The notes beneath the pieces were generated by a model. That model was not told the DNA's origin and ran no database searches. It worked only from the letters and a program-made list of their open reading frames with translations. The position numbers were made by a program, and so were the translations under genes. Source: Methanotrichaceae archaeon (GTDB lineage: Archaea > Halobacteriota > Methanosarcinia > Methanotrichales > Methanotrichaceae). From it: DNA of 27,718 bases. Numbering within the stretch: position 1 is the first letter of the stretch; each line of letters begins with the position of its first letter. The stretch spans positions 1 to 27,718 of the forward strand of contig CAVWIG010000048.1 of NCBI GenBank assembly GCA_963754945.1, read 5' to 3'. This document shows, in pieces, positions 9,194 to 18,938 of the stretch.

Positions 9194-9802
9194 ATGATGC
9201 GAAAACTCGTCGCTTACGTTTCCGGAAAAGTGCAGATGACGGGGTACAGGTCCAAGGTAGTGACCATCGCCAGAGCATTTGACCTAAAGGGCTATGTAAA
9301 GAACTTGCCAGATGGCCGGGTGAAAGTTCTGGCAGAAGGTTCCGATGCGGATCTTGAGAGATTCGTCAAAGCGATTAAGATTGAAAATGCTTTGACTAAA
9401 GTAGAAGATATCCAGGTTGAGCTATCGGATGGAACGGAAGCCTATGACGACTTCTTCAAGGTGGTCGGAGAGCATGAGACGGATAAGCGTCTGGATGTGG
9501 CTACAGAGCATCTCAAGGAGCTAATACTCGTGGTGAGAGAGGGCTTCGGTGACATGAGAGAAGGCTTTGATGCCATGAGAGGGGGCTTCAGTGATATGCG
9601 AGAGGGCTTTAAGGAGAATAATGCCTCCTTGAAAGAGATGTCTGCAAAGCAGGACGATCTAATTGATTCCGTCAAAGAGGCCAGAGAGGGCATAGTTGAA
9701 GAAGTTCAGGGCCTGCGCTCGGATCTGAAGGGCCGCACTGAAGAAAGGCTTCAGAGGATTGAGAGCGATGTCGTCGAGATAAAGGCCCGGATGAAATCAT
9801 GA
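9194..9802 (+). CDS. Acylphosphatase-domain protein with long C-terminal coiled coil
   Basis: 'VSGKVQMTGYR' and 'GYVKNLPDGRVKV' (Arg/Asn catalytic positions kept); ~110-aa helical tail. Confidence 0.88.
   Translation: MMRKLVAYVSGKVQMTGYRSKVVTIARAFDLKGYVKNLPDGRVKVLAEGSDADLERFVKAIKIENALTKVEDIQVELSDGTEAYDDFFKVVGEHETDKRLDVATEHLKELILVVREGFGDMREGFDAMRGGFSDMREGFKENNASLKEMSAKQDDLIDSVKEAREGIVEEVQGLRSDLKGRTEERLQRIESDVVEIKARMKS
9533..9616 (+). repeat. In-frame 21-bp tandem repeat, about 4 degenerate copies
   Basis: GTGAGAGAGGGCTTCGGTGAC / ATGAGAGAAGGCTTTGATGCC / ATGAGAGGGGGCTTCAGTGAT / ATGCGAGAGGGCTTTAAGGAG. Confidence 0.85.
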
Positions 9803-10006
9803 CCGTAAAGGGCAGATGATAGGTGGCCAAAGAGCCACATTGCGAAAGTGCGAACTAACGCACCGAACTGGTAGGACCGGTCCGGGTCTTGGTCGAAGAT
9901 TGAATTGCTGGCGAATGTAAATGGCCCATGTCTTAGCTTGATCTCGTTTTTCTGTACTCCGACATGATCAAGACCAAGATTGATGGCCCCCAATATGTGC
10001 TAATTG

Positions 10007-10228
10007 ATGTCCTCCAAGGCTGATGCTAGAAGTACCGACGAAATAAGAAGGCAGGGAATAGAAGCCCTTGCAGCCGCCCTTGGGCCGGTTGACGCAGTTA
10101 GGTTCCTTCAAATCTTTGAGCTAGGAAAGGGCGATTACACTAAGGATCGTGCGAAATGGTTGGACATTGAGATCGATGAGGTAGTCCGCGAGATCGAGAA
10201 GAGAAAGAAGAGCGAAATAACCGAATAA
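10007..10228 (+). CDS. Small putative antitoxin-like protein
   Basis: 'EIRRQGIEALAAALGPVDAVRFL...GKGDYTKDR' resembles small proteins I recall next to PIN-domain toxins; no toxin adjacent here. Confidence 0.65.
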   Translation: MSSKADARSTDEIRRQGIEALAAALGPVDAVRFLQIFELGKGDYTKDRAKWLDIEIDEVVREIEKRKKSEITE

Positions 10229-10262
10229 GGTCTATCGTATCACGGTCCTGTTTCCTTTCTCC

Positions 10263-10430
10263 GGGTGTAAACGAGATCAACAGGCTGGCTGGCAAGCTCC
10301 TCAAGGCAGCCGGAATTCTGGCAATGCTAGGTGTAGCATTTTCCGAGCATGCCATCTGGTTCATACTTGTGCCTGTGATCATGGCTGGGTCTATCCAATC
10401 AAATAATCTTATCAGGAGTACCAAAGAGAG
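10263..10430 (+). pseudogene. Degenerate duplicate of the 3' end of the SdpI-like gene (8502-8670)
   Basis: Directly alignable, e.g. CAACAGGCTGGC, CTGGCAATGCTAGG, GCCATCTGGTTCATACT, GTCTATCCAATCA, TATCAGGAGTACCA; has a 1-bp deletion (GGG vs GGGG). Confidence 0.9.
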
Positions 10431-10501
10431 AACTGAGATGTGATCTGGGTCGTTGCTTCAGAATGTATTTAATCTAAAGGATTGATTTTTAATAGGGATT
10501 T

Positions 10502-10635
10502 ATGCTCAAACAGTTATCTCTTGCTCGAAGAAAGAAGAAAAGAAGATTGTCGGCCTTACTCCGGAGCAGCGGAGGCACCTTGAGCAGAGTCTGCAAGAAA
10601 ACGACGAATTGATGAGATGCCTGGCTGAGATGTGA
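10502..10635 (+). pseudogene. Possible small antitoxin remnant
   Basis: Frame AQTVISCSKKEEKKIVGLTPEQRRHLEQSLQENDELMRCLAEM*; joins ATG 10502 if one G is restored; C-terminus resembles short antitoxins preceding Doc/Fic toxins (inference). Confidence 0.4.
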
Positions 10636-10943
10636 CGGTTCAGACTCTTTGACATTTTCTCAGATCCATTGCTTTATTTGGTCAAGATTACAATCATAGA
10701 GCGCGATTCTGCGCAAAAAAGTCGCAGATCTCTTCTTTGTAGCCGGACATGCGTAGGCCGTTCGATCTCAAAATGATATCTGCAACCTGAAATCCAGTCC
10801 TCTTTTGACCGTCGTTGAAGGGATGAATCATAGGGGCAGGTCCACCTTGTTGAAGCGAAAATCTATAGCAAAAGATATAAAATGAAACTGAAATAAGACG
10901 TAATTGGAGATCTGATCTGTTGGCATCATCGATAAATCCTCCG

Positions 10944-13071
10944 ATGGCTTCAGGACCATATCGTTTTGAAGCTGGGCGTTTTGAGCATGAGAAGCCAACG
11001 CTTTTGGATTTGGGTCTACTACCCGTCGAAGATCTTGCAAAACTCGCACTGCGTGAAGGACAAAGGCCACGTCAATTATATCAGGTTCATAAGTGGTTTG
11101 CGCGACGGTTTGGTTGCGAGTTTCGGGCGCTTCTTACAGCTTCTGTGTTACCAGTAGAGTCTGATTTTTGGAGTGCTTACTATCAAGGTGTGGACTTAAG
11201 CGGATGTACTGTCCTTGACCCATTTGTAGGGGGCGGCACATCGATTATGGAGTCAATGCGTTTAGGTGCCAATGTGATCGGCATCGATATTGATTCTGTA
11301 GCTTGTGCAATAACTCGATTCGAGAGTCATATGGCTAAAACGCCCGATTTAATTCCTACTTTGGAGACGCTTAAAAATCAAGTTGGTAAAAAAATTGACT
11401 GCTATTATCGAACCCTCACTGAGGGCGGAGACGAGAGATCTGTCTTGCATTATTTTTGGGTTCAAATAGTAAGGTGCCGTCGTTGTAGCAGACTGGTTGA
11501 AGCACATCCTCATTACCGACTTGCCTATGAAGTAGAAGGCAATATACAATGGACTTTTTGTCCTGTATGTCATGAAATTTACGCAATTAATCGCAAAGAA
11601 AGCAATCTTTTTTGTAGAAAATGTGGAACCGAGACACGTATCGAAAACGGGCCAGCAAAAATGGGAAAGTTTACTTGTCCCCACTGCAACAGAGAAGAAC
11701 GCTTAATTGAAGTTGCTTCTCACGCAAATTGCCCACCGACATGGCATCTCTTCGCATTAGAAACTCTGGAGCCGCCCATTAAGAAAAGACTTCCAATGTC
11801 TCAAAGGTGTTTCCGACCTGGCGTCGAGATACGATCAATCAGTACTGGACATGGCGTCTTCTGCCTTAAAGAAAAGGCTAACTGAAGTGCCACATTGGAC
11901 TTCTACGCGAATTATTCCTGCAGAGGGAAGAGCTGATAATCGACTTTTAAAATATGGTTATAAATATTATAGAGATATTTTTAATGAGCGCCAATTGCTT
12001 CATTTATCCTATTTGGCAGAGGCGATTGACGGATTGAATGACCCACTGCGGGAAGCAATGGCAATAGCTTTTAGCGATCACTTAATAACCAATTGCATGA
12101 TGACAAGTTATGCATTCGGATGGCGTCGCCTTGTACCTCTGTTTTCATTAAGAGCTTTTAGACATGTGACTCGTCCTGTCGAACTAAATCCATGGATCGA
12201 TGGCACAGGAAGAGGTACATTTCCTAACGCCGTTCACCAGATACAGAGAGCTATTCAATGGTTGCATTCACCTAGAGAACCATTGGTGAATGGTGGTTTT
12301 GTTAATATAATGGACCATGATAATAAATTGGAGCCTCCGTTGTCCAAAGTCATTCAGGGAAATTCTCAGGATATCGGTTTCATTAATGATGCCACAATAG
12401 ATATTATATTGACCGATCCACCATATTTCGATAATATATCCTATTCTGAATTATCAGATTTCTTTTTGCCATGGCAACAGCTACTTGGCCTCGCCCCAAA
12501 AGATGGATCTAGTGAACTTGCTTTTCATGACAATCTATCTGCTAACGGAAGAAATGAGACATCAATAGGCAAATTTCAAGTTTCGTTGGGAAAATGTTTT
12601 TCGGAAATTGCCCGAGTAATTAAACCTAATGGCAAGGTAATTTTCACATATCAGCATAAAACCCCAGGAGCATGGGATGCTCTTGCATCGGCCATCAGTA
12701 GAAGTGGACTCAGACCAATCCAACTTTTTCCTTTGCTTGGGGATTGTTCCACGGGCTTACATAAACACGAAGGTAGCAGCAAATGGGATGCAGTATTCGT
12801 ACTTAAAAAGGATTCTGGATTAGGCGTTTCAGATTTGAGTATATCTGATGAGGCACTAGAATCTGCTCAAAGGCATCATTCATTATGGACGCAAAGACTA
12901 GAAAGAAACACAAATGGATTATTTAAAGATGCAGATCGGAAAAACTTTAATTACGCCTGCCTTGTTGCAAGCGCATTAGGCATGTTCCCAAATACTAATC
13001 AGGATCGCGGGCAGAAAATATCGTTAAAAAAATCCCTGGGGGACGTATTTAAACCTACCAGCAATAATTAG
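10944..13071 (+). pseudogene. COG1743/DUF1156-like Zn-ribbon DNA amino-methyltransferase, split by +1 frameshift at ~11820 (about 708 aa restored)
   Basis: 'YQVHKWFARR', motif I 'VLDPFVGGGT', four CxxC (CRRC, CPVC, CRKC, CPHC) in ORF 10920-11885; motif IV 'ILTDPPYFDNISYSELSDFF' in ORF 11851-13071; deleting one G from CCTGGCGTCG gives CFRPASRYDQSVLDMASSAL. Alternative start TTG 10920. Confidence 0.88.
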
Positions 13072-13073
13072 AC

Positions 13074-13078
13074 GGTGA
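13074..13078 (+). promoter_or_regulatory. Ribosome-binding site GGTGA for the nuclease-helicase gene
   Basis: TAG-ACGGTGAATAA-ATG; 11-bp intergenic gap. Confidence 0.6.
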
Positions 13079-14911
13079 ATAAATGCCACATCTAAGTAAG
13101 AAGGTAATCTCTCAATATCTCCGAACGGAATGCAAACGTCAATTAAGGCTAAATCTATCACCAGATAATCTCCAATATAAAGCAGAGAGAGATCGTCAAG
13201 ACATGCCGCCTAAGCAGCCTCCAAGACCAGGCCTAGAGTACTTTACTGAGGCAGGAGATGAGTGGCAAGCTGAAAAATTGAACGACTTAACACAGACTTT
13301 TGGCGCCGAAACGATAATAGGTCAACCATTTATTCACAGCTCCGGACAAACCAGATATCGGCCGATTTCGTTAGATGAAGCTTTATCAAGGTCCAGACCT
13401 AATCAGTTTATTGTAGAATCCGAATACAATATAGAGAATGAATTTGAGAGAGCATTCCAAATTAGCGATTACAGGGCAAGATTCCACCTAGATTACGCAA
13501 CGCTTCGCCCAGACATCATTGAGGTTCTGCCAGCGCGAACATTTTCGAGTTTGGTTACACCAGCCGGCGATTTAAGTCGTCTATCTGAAAGTGATGAGAG
13601 GCTGCAACTGAGAGTGGCTGAAATAAAGCTGACATCGGAACCTTCCGCCGGATATTTTTCTGAAGTAGCATACTACACAATGGCACTGGCTGGGTGGCTC
13701 GTAGACCACGATTTCAATGAGAGATTTTTGGTTGTTCCAGATGGCGTAATATGGCCTGGCTCTCATGAGGCATCAAATCTAACATTAATTCACAATAAAC
13801 TTACAAGAGATGGTCAGACTCCAACATTTTTGCAGCTTTTCAATGCCATGGAAAAGGATTTGGAGTCAGTTCCATTCGAAGTGTTTGTGTTCCGTATTAA
13901 GCGATTCCTTCAGGATGAAATACCTCAAATACTAAATACAGAATCTTGGCGCGAATTGGATTGGCATGTTGATAATAGATGCAAAGGTTGTGATTATCTC
14001 GGTTATCCTTGGAGAAATTCACAAGGACAATTAACAAATCATTGTGATCACTGTTGGCAGATGGCCGAAAGAGAAGACCATCTAAGCAGAGTGGCTTTCA
14101 TATCACGCGGCGCTAGATCATCACTTGAGAATCAGGGCGTCGATAATGTAGCTTCTTTGGCTCAATTCGCTAGCGACAGTCCTTTATTTGACTCTCACCA
14201 AGTTTTGCGAGCGACACGCACTGTAGTCTCTGGAAGAGCTACTTCGCTTCAAACCCAAAATTCTCGAATACCAGATGAAGCAGGGACATCTGCTATCATG
14301 CCAGGATGGGCGGATCTTAGGATATATCTTTCTGTAGACTTCGATGTGAGTAGTGCAATTACCTTTGCATTTGGGCTCAAGGTATTTGGCCGTGACACTC
14401 ACAGTACACCCCCACGCAGAAGAAGGATATTTATCGTGTATGAAAAAAACCTGCAGGCTGAACAGAGAGTATTGCTAGGATTCTTAGATCTGGTCAATTC
14501 GCTGCTAATTGAGGCAAGAGATCAAGATGCAAACACCAGTGTTCAATTTTATCTGTGGGATCAATTACAATACGATCATTTGACACGCGTAATAGGCAGG
14601 CACTTGCAAGCAATTTTAAATAATCATAGTATAAGCCACTTAGCTTGGCTCTTTCCCCCGGAAGAACTCTTATCTAATCCGAGAATGATCATGCGTCGTT
14701 CGACGATTACGGTTGTGCGTGATGTAATTCGTTCCATACTCGCAGCGCCGATGCCACATTATTATAGTCTATTAGGACTTGCCAGAATTTACCATAATCC
14801 GAACCTGCCAGAAAATATATCTCAGTTTAGTATTCATCCACTATTTGAAGATCCGCTTAGCGATCAAATTCCGTCAGAGCGAGCTCACGAAATCTGGTCA
14901 CACTCCACGTC

Positions 14912-14919
14912 GATAAATC
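14912..14919 (+). repeat. Left target-site duplication GATAAATC
   Basis: Identical to 16448-16455 and abuts the IR. Confidence 0.95.
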
Positions 14920-16447
14920 GTACTTGCTCAATAATCAGTTGATTTTACTAGCACTGAGAATGAGATCGGATAACTTTGGCATAGAATAACTATCTGAGAA
15001 TATATCATAAAGATATTTGTAAAAGCTTATTCCGAGCTTCCTGCAAGTATCGATTATAGAGAGCATGTTTTCCCATGCAAGCTTGCCGAGTTCACTTCTT
15101 GTTCCATAACTGATTTTTCTCTTGATCACACCTTCTCGCACAGCTATCTCTGCGAGATTGTTATGAAGCGGAACATTTGGAAAATCCAACACCAGCAACA
15201 ACTCTTGTTTCTTTTTCTTAGTCTTTGTAATGCGATCATCCAACGTCCCGTAACCAGTTACTGTCGAGAATATCGAATCAAACCTCTCCTGGACATACTT
15301 ACTCATAATTTTATTAGGATTCTCCTTATATTGTGTAAGCAATTCATAGAACTTCCAAAGCTCAGTTAAAAACATATTAAGAACCGACTTATGATGAATT
15401 AGAAAAGGATTCATCTTTTTGTAGTGTCGTATTTCATGTATCCAGCACAGAGCATGGTGTGACGATACATCTATGTACTGCCCGGCATCATCCGAGATAA
15501 TGGGTAAATCTATCTGCTCCTCATCATTTAGCCCAAAGAAATGTCTGATTGTATCACTTCCTTTGGTTTGCCTGATAAAGAAAGCACTAAAGAACTTGTT
15601 GCAGACAACGTGCAAATAATGGTTATTGCCTTTATGCCTCGCGCCTGTCTCATCAATGTTAAGATAATCAGCCCGATTCACACCAGTTTCAAATAAGGCC
15701 TGCTTCTCTATCGCATATGCATTGCTCTTTTCCTTGGTCAGTATGTTTGAGATCTCGCCTTCCGAGATTATTATGCCGATCTCTTCTAGGATCTTGTGGA
15801 TCCTATTCTCAGTAACCCTTCCCGCATAGTAGAGGTAAGCGATGAATGCTTTCAGATGACTTCCAAATTCCGTGTTCTTAAGGGACTCGGCAAGTTCTGC
15901 TTCATAGGTCTTTTTCAGGGACGGCGAATAGTAGCGTTCCAACCAATATTCCACGTTGTCGGTTTCAAATTTTATGTTCTGCTTTATGACCCGTCTATAG
16001 CCGTTATGCTTGGCATCATGTGGAAGAATCGATTTATCAATTTTAATGTATTCTGTCCTGTCGATTTTTATCTTTGGTTTCTTGCTATCTTTATGCCATT
16101 TTTTGGGTTTTTCCTTCGGCACATTAGCCTGGTATTCAGGATTGTCCGGCAGTATTTTAGGACGGCCTTTCTCACCTTTCATCCGGTTTATTTCATCCTT
16201 TAGCTGTTGATTGTCTTTGCGGAGTTCTTGATTTGACTGGGCTAATTGCTCTATTGTGCTTAGAAGCTGGAGGATCAATTCTTTCATCGCTTCTTTATCG
16301 TCGAAGTTGATCTTGTCTACATCGAGGTTGATTATGGCCTCGTGTATGATATCTGGCACAAACAAAATATTTTAGATATATGTATTAATAATTTTTGGTC
16401 CATGCACTCACTCGATTGGGGAATTCAACGTAATATTGAGCAAGTAC
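14920..16447 (-). mobile_element. IS66-family insertion sequence (single-ORF, ISBst12-like group), 1528 bp
   Basis: Terminal inverted repeats GTACTTGCTCAATA (14 bp perfect, 20/23 extended); 8-bp direct repeats GATAAATC at 14912-14919 and 16448-16455. Confidence 0.95.
14935..16365 (-). CDS. IS66-family DDE transposase
   Basis: N-terminal coiled coil; 'NIDETG', 'IISDD', 'LCWIHEIR', 'HNNLAEIAVREGVIKRKIS.GTRS' motifs; intact 476-aa frame, stop inside the IR. Confidence 0.93.
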   Translation of the reverse strand: MFVPDIIHEAIINLDVDKINFDDKEAMKELILQLLSTIEQLAQSNQELRKDNQQLKDEINRMKGEKGRPKILPDNPEYQANVPKEKPKKWHKDSKKPKIKIDRTEYIKIDKSILPHDAKHNGYRRVIKQNIKFETDNVEYWLERYYSPSLKKTYEAELAESLKNTEFGSHLKAFIAYLYYAGRVTENRIHKILEEIGIIISEGEISNILTKEKSNAYAIEKQALFETGVNRADYLNIDETGARHKGNNHYLHVVCNKFFSAFFIRQTKGSDTIRHFFGLNDEEQIDLPIISDDAGQYIDVSSHHALCWIHEIRHYKKMNPFLIHHKSVLNMFLTELWKFYELLTQYKENPNKIMSKYVQERFDSIFSTVTGYGTLDDRITKTKKKKQELLLVLDFPNVPLHNNLAEIAVREGVIKRKISYGTRSELGKLAWENMLSIIDTCRKLGISFYKYLYDIFSDSYSMPKLSDLILSASKIN

Positions 16448-16455
16448 GATAAATC
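16448..16455 (+). repeat. Right target-site duplication GATAAATC
   Basis: Identical to 14912-14919 and abuts the IR. Confidence 0.95.
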
Positions 16456-18938
16456 ATCCTTGGGAACAACAAATGAGTATCCTTGAGGAAACAATATCGA
16501 AAAGACTTACCGCGTTAGAAACAATTACACAAAGATTAGGTATGGATCTTGGACAAGCGCTTAACCAACAAGCACCTACAATAAATATCGGCCCACCTGA
16601 ACGAGAAAACCGATTGAGTGTTGATGGACAGCTCTGGTATGGTTTTGCAAAGCTAAATGAAGCGCTTAATGAGCTTGAAATTCACAAGATACGAGCAATG
16701 CCGCCACATGAAAGAGAGGCAAGATTCCATAGCGCGCGATTGATACGAAGGCTCATTGGACAAGAAGAATTAGATGCTATGGCCAGACTTTTTCCTGGAG
16801 TCGTAGCTAATTGCCGTGTTTATGAAATGAGGCCGGAGTCCTCAGAGGTAAAGCTGCATGAAGGTGATTTCAACTACGCTTTGTCTCCGGAAGATCAGCC
16901 GATTTTTCTAGACCAATCACTAATGTCAGTGACTCAGGGAACGCGGTTGCAACCTGATGATGGCAGAGGTTTCTACATTCGTATGGAGAACGTAACGTCA
17001 GTTACCGTAATGGCTATCGATAGAGAAAATCGTCTAATAGTTTTAAGGCCTAATCAGCGATGGCCAACCATGTTGGAAGACCTTGAGGAGCTAGGTTTAG
17101 CCAACTTTGCAGAGAATGTAATTCTTGATCCAACATATCACGATTTTTTTACCAAGAAGCTTTTGGCAACCCTTAAAGCGATCGGAAATCCTCCTTCTGC
17201 AAGAGACAATTCTTTGGTTCAAAAAGCTATGGGATTATCTGGCCGTGGTGCCCGTCGCACTCCGCATAATCCTCCCGAAGATTTCCTATGGAATGCTCCA
17301 AGAATGCATGAATTACTAATTGAACACGATTTAGAGACAACGAAAAACATCTTGGAGCAGCATGATATAAATTTAGATCCCAGCCAATGGACGGCTTGGA
17401 GGTCTGCATTATCTAGTCGCCTTCAACTCGTTTGGGGGCCACCAGGAACAGGCAAGAGCAGAACAGCGAGAGCTATTGTAGTTGGCGCTACAGTAGATGC
17501 ACACAACAGAGGAGAGCCAATCCGCATTCTCATCTGTGCTAATAATTACACCGCTATGGATAACGTTTTGAAAAATGTCTACGAATATATTCAGGAACTC
17601 CTACCGGATTCCGAATATGCAATTTTTCACCTTAGATCTTATTCGAGAACACCTCCAACGGATACCTCTTTGAGAAATATCGATCTTGAAATTAATGGAT
17701 ACAATCCATCTCCTGAGGTGATCGACCTTAAGTTACGTCTAGTTAGTTCCAGTGGAATCACGATTGTCGGAACAACGCCTTCACAAGTCCATAATTTGCT
17801 AACTCTTAATAACGGAAACGCTCAAGCAGAGCTCTTCGATTTAATACTAATAGACGAAGCATCACAAATGGATGTACAGTTTGCTATTCTCGCAATTAGT
17901 TCCTTGGCAACTAACGGTAGTCTGATACTCGCAGGTGACCCTAAACAACTTCCTCCAATTCACGCAGCCGAAGCACCTTTGAACTTGGAAAATGTAGTAG
18001 GATCGATATTTAATTTTTATAATTTAAATAGTAATATAGACTCCACTATGCTCAATGTGAATTATCGTTCGAACAAGATTTTGGTGGATTTTTCCCTGAA
18101 TGCGGGTTATGAGAGGGAATTGCATAGTTATTCTCCCCAACTCCGGCTGAATTTCGTAACACCACTTCCAGTTGATCGGCCACAAGACTGGCCTCAAGAC
18201 CTCTATTGGACAAACGAATGGGCCGACATACTGGACCCAGAGAAACCTGTAGCCTGTTTTGTTTACTCTGAAGGCAGTAGTAGTCAATGGAATCAATTTG
18301 AAGCGGATGCAGTCTCGTCCTTGGTTTTATTGCTTTATAATCGTCTTGGAAACAAGCTAGAAAATGAGAGAGATCCTAGCACAGGCGATATTATCCAACT
18401 AACCAATTCCTCTGCCTATTCGGAGTTGGATTTTTGGGAGAAAGGGATTGGCATTGTTACACCTCATCGGGCCCAACAAGGAAAGATCGTGAGCCGCTTG
18501 CAGCAGATATTTGGAAACATGGGCATCATAACGCCAGAAATGACTAATGCTATTCGCAATGCGGTAGACACAGTCGAGCGCTTTCAGGGACAACAGAGGG
18601 ACATTATTGTTGCCTCCTTTGCAATGAGCGATCCTGACGCAATTCGTGATGAAGATGAATTCCTGATGAGCTTAAATCGGTTCAATGTGATGGCTTCTAG
18701 AGCCAGAGCTAAGCTAATTGTGTTGATATCTCAACAGGTAGTGGATCATTTATCCGATGACCCCGATACTCTAAGAGACTCCAGATTATTGAAAAGCTAC
18801 GTAGAATCGTTTTGCCAAAGCACTCGCAGCATGAATCTAGGCTATTACCAAAACGGAAATGCAATAGAAGTGGAAGGCATTTTCAAGCATAGATGAATTA
18901 ATTTAAAACAATATAAAAGTTGAAAAGTAAAGGATAAC

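Larger units (their letters stand above)
13083..18896 (+). pseudogene. IS-interrupted RecB/Cas4-like PD-(D/E)XK nuclease - SF1 (Dna2/Upf1-like) helicase fusion; 1425 aa restored (13083-14919 + 16456-18896)
   Basis: N-part: 'ISQYLRTEC', 'LRPDII', 'AEIK', 'EVAYY', 'CKGC...CDHC'. C-part: GPPGTGKS, LIDEASQ, AGDPKQLPP, NYRS, TPHRAQ, TVERFQG, NRFNVMASRAR. Excising IS plus one TSD reads ...HSTSINHPWEQQMSIL... in frame. Confidence 0.92.

Noticed and set aside
8817-9278. 153-aa minus-strand ORF
   Set aside because: Antisense shadow of the DUF433 remnant and the acylphosphatase start
9533-9616. Regularly spaced repeats as a CRISPR array
   Set aside because: 21-bp units are contiguous, in frame within a CDS, with no spacers; no array seen anywhere in the window
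10929-10938. TCGATAAATC identical to the IS target region (14910-14919)
   Set aside because: A single 10-bp AT-rich match with no IR next to it; compatible with chance
13083-14942. Stand-alone Cas4 / CRISPR adaptation gene
   Set aside because: It is the N-terminal part of a larger helicase fusion cut by the IS; no cas genes or array nearby
10640-18938. Island as a prophage or integrative element
   Set aside because: No integrase, tRNA target, structural genes or flanking att repeats found by eye; only composition and gene content suggest horizontal origin
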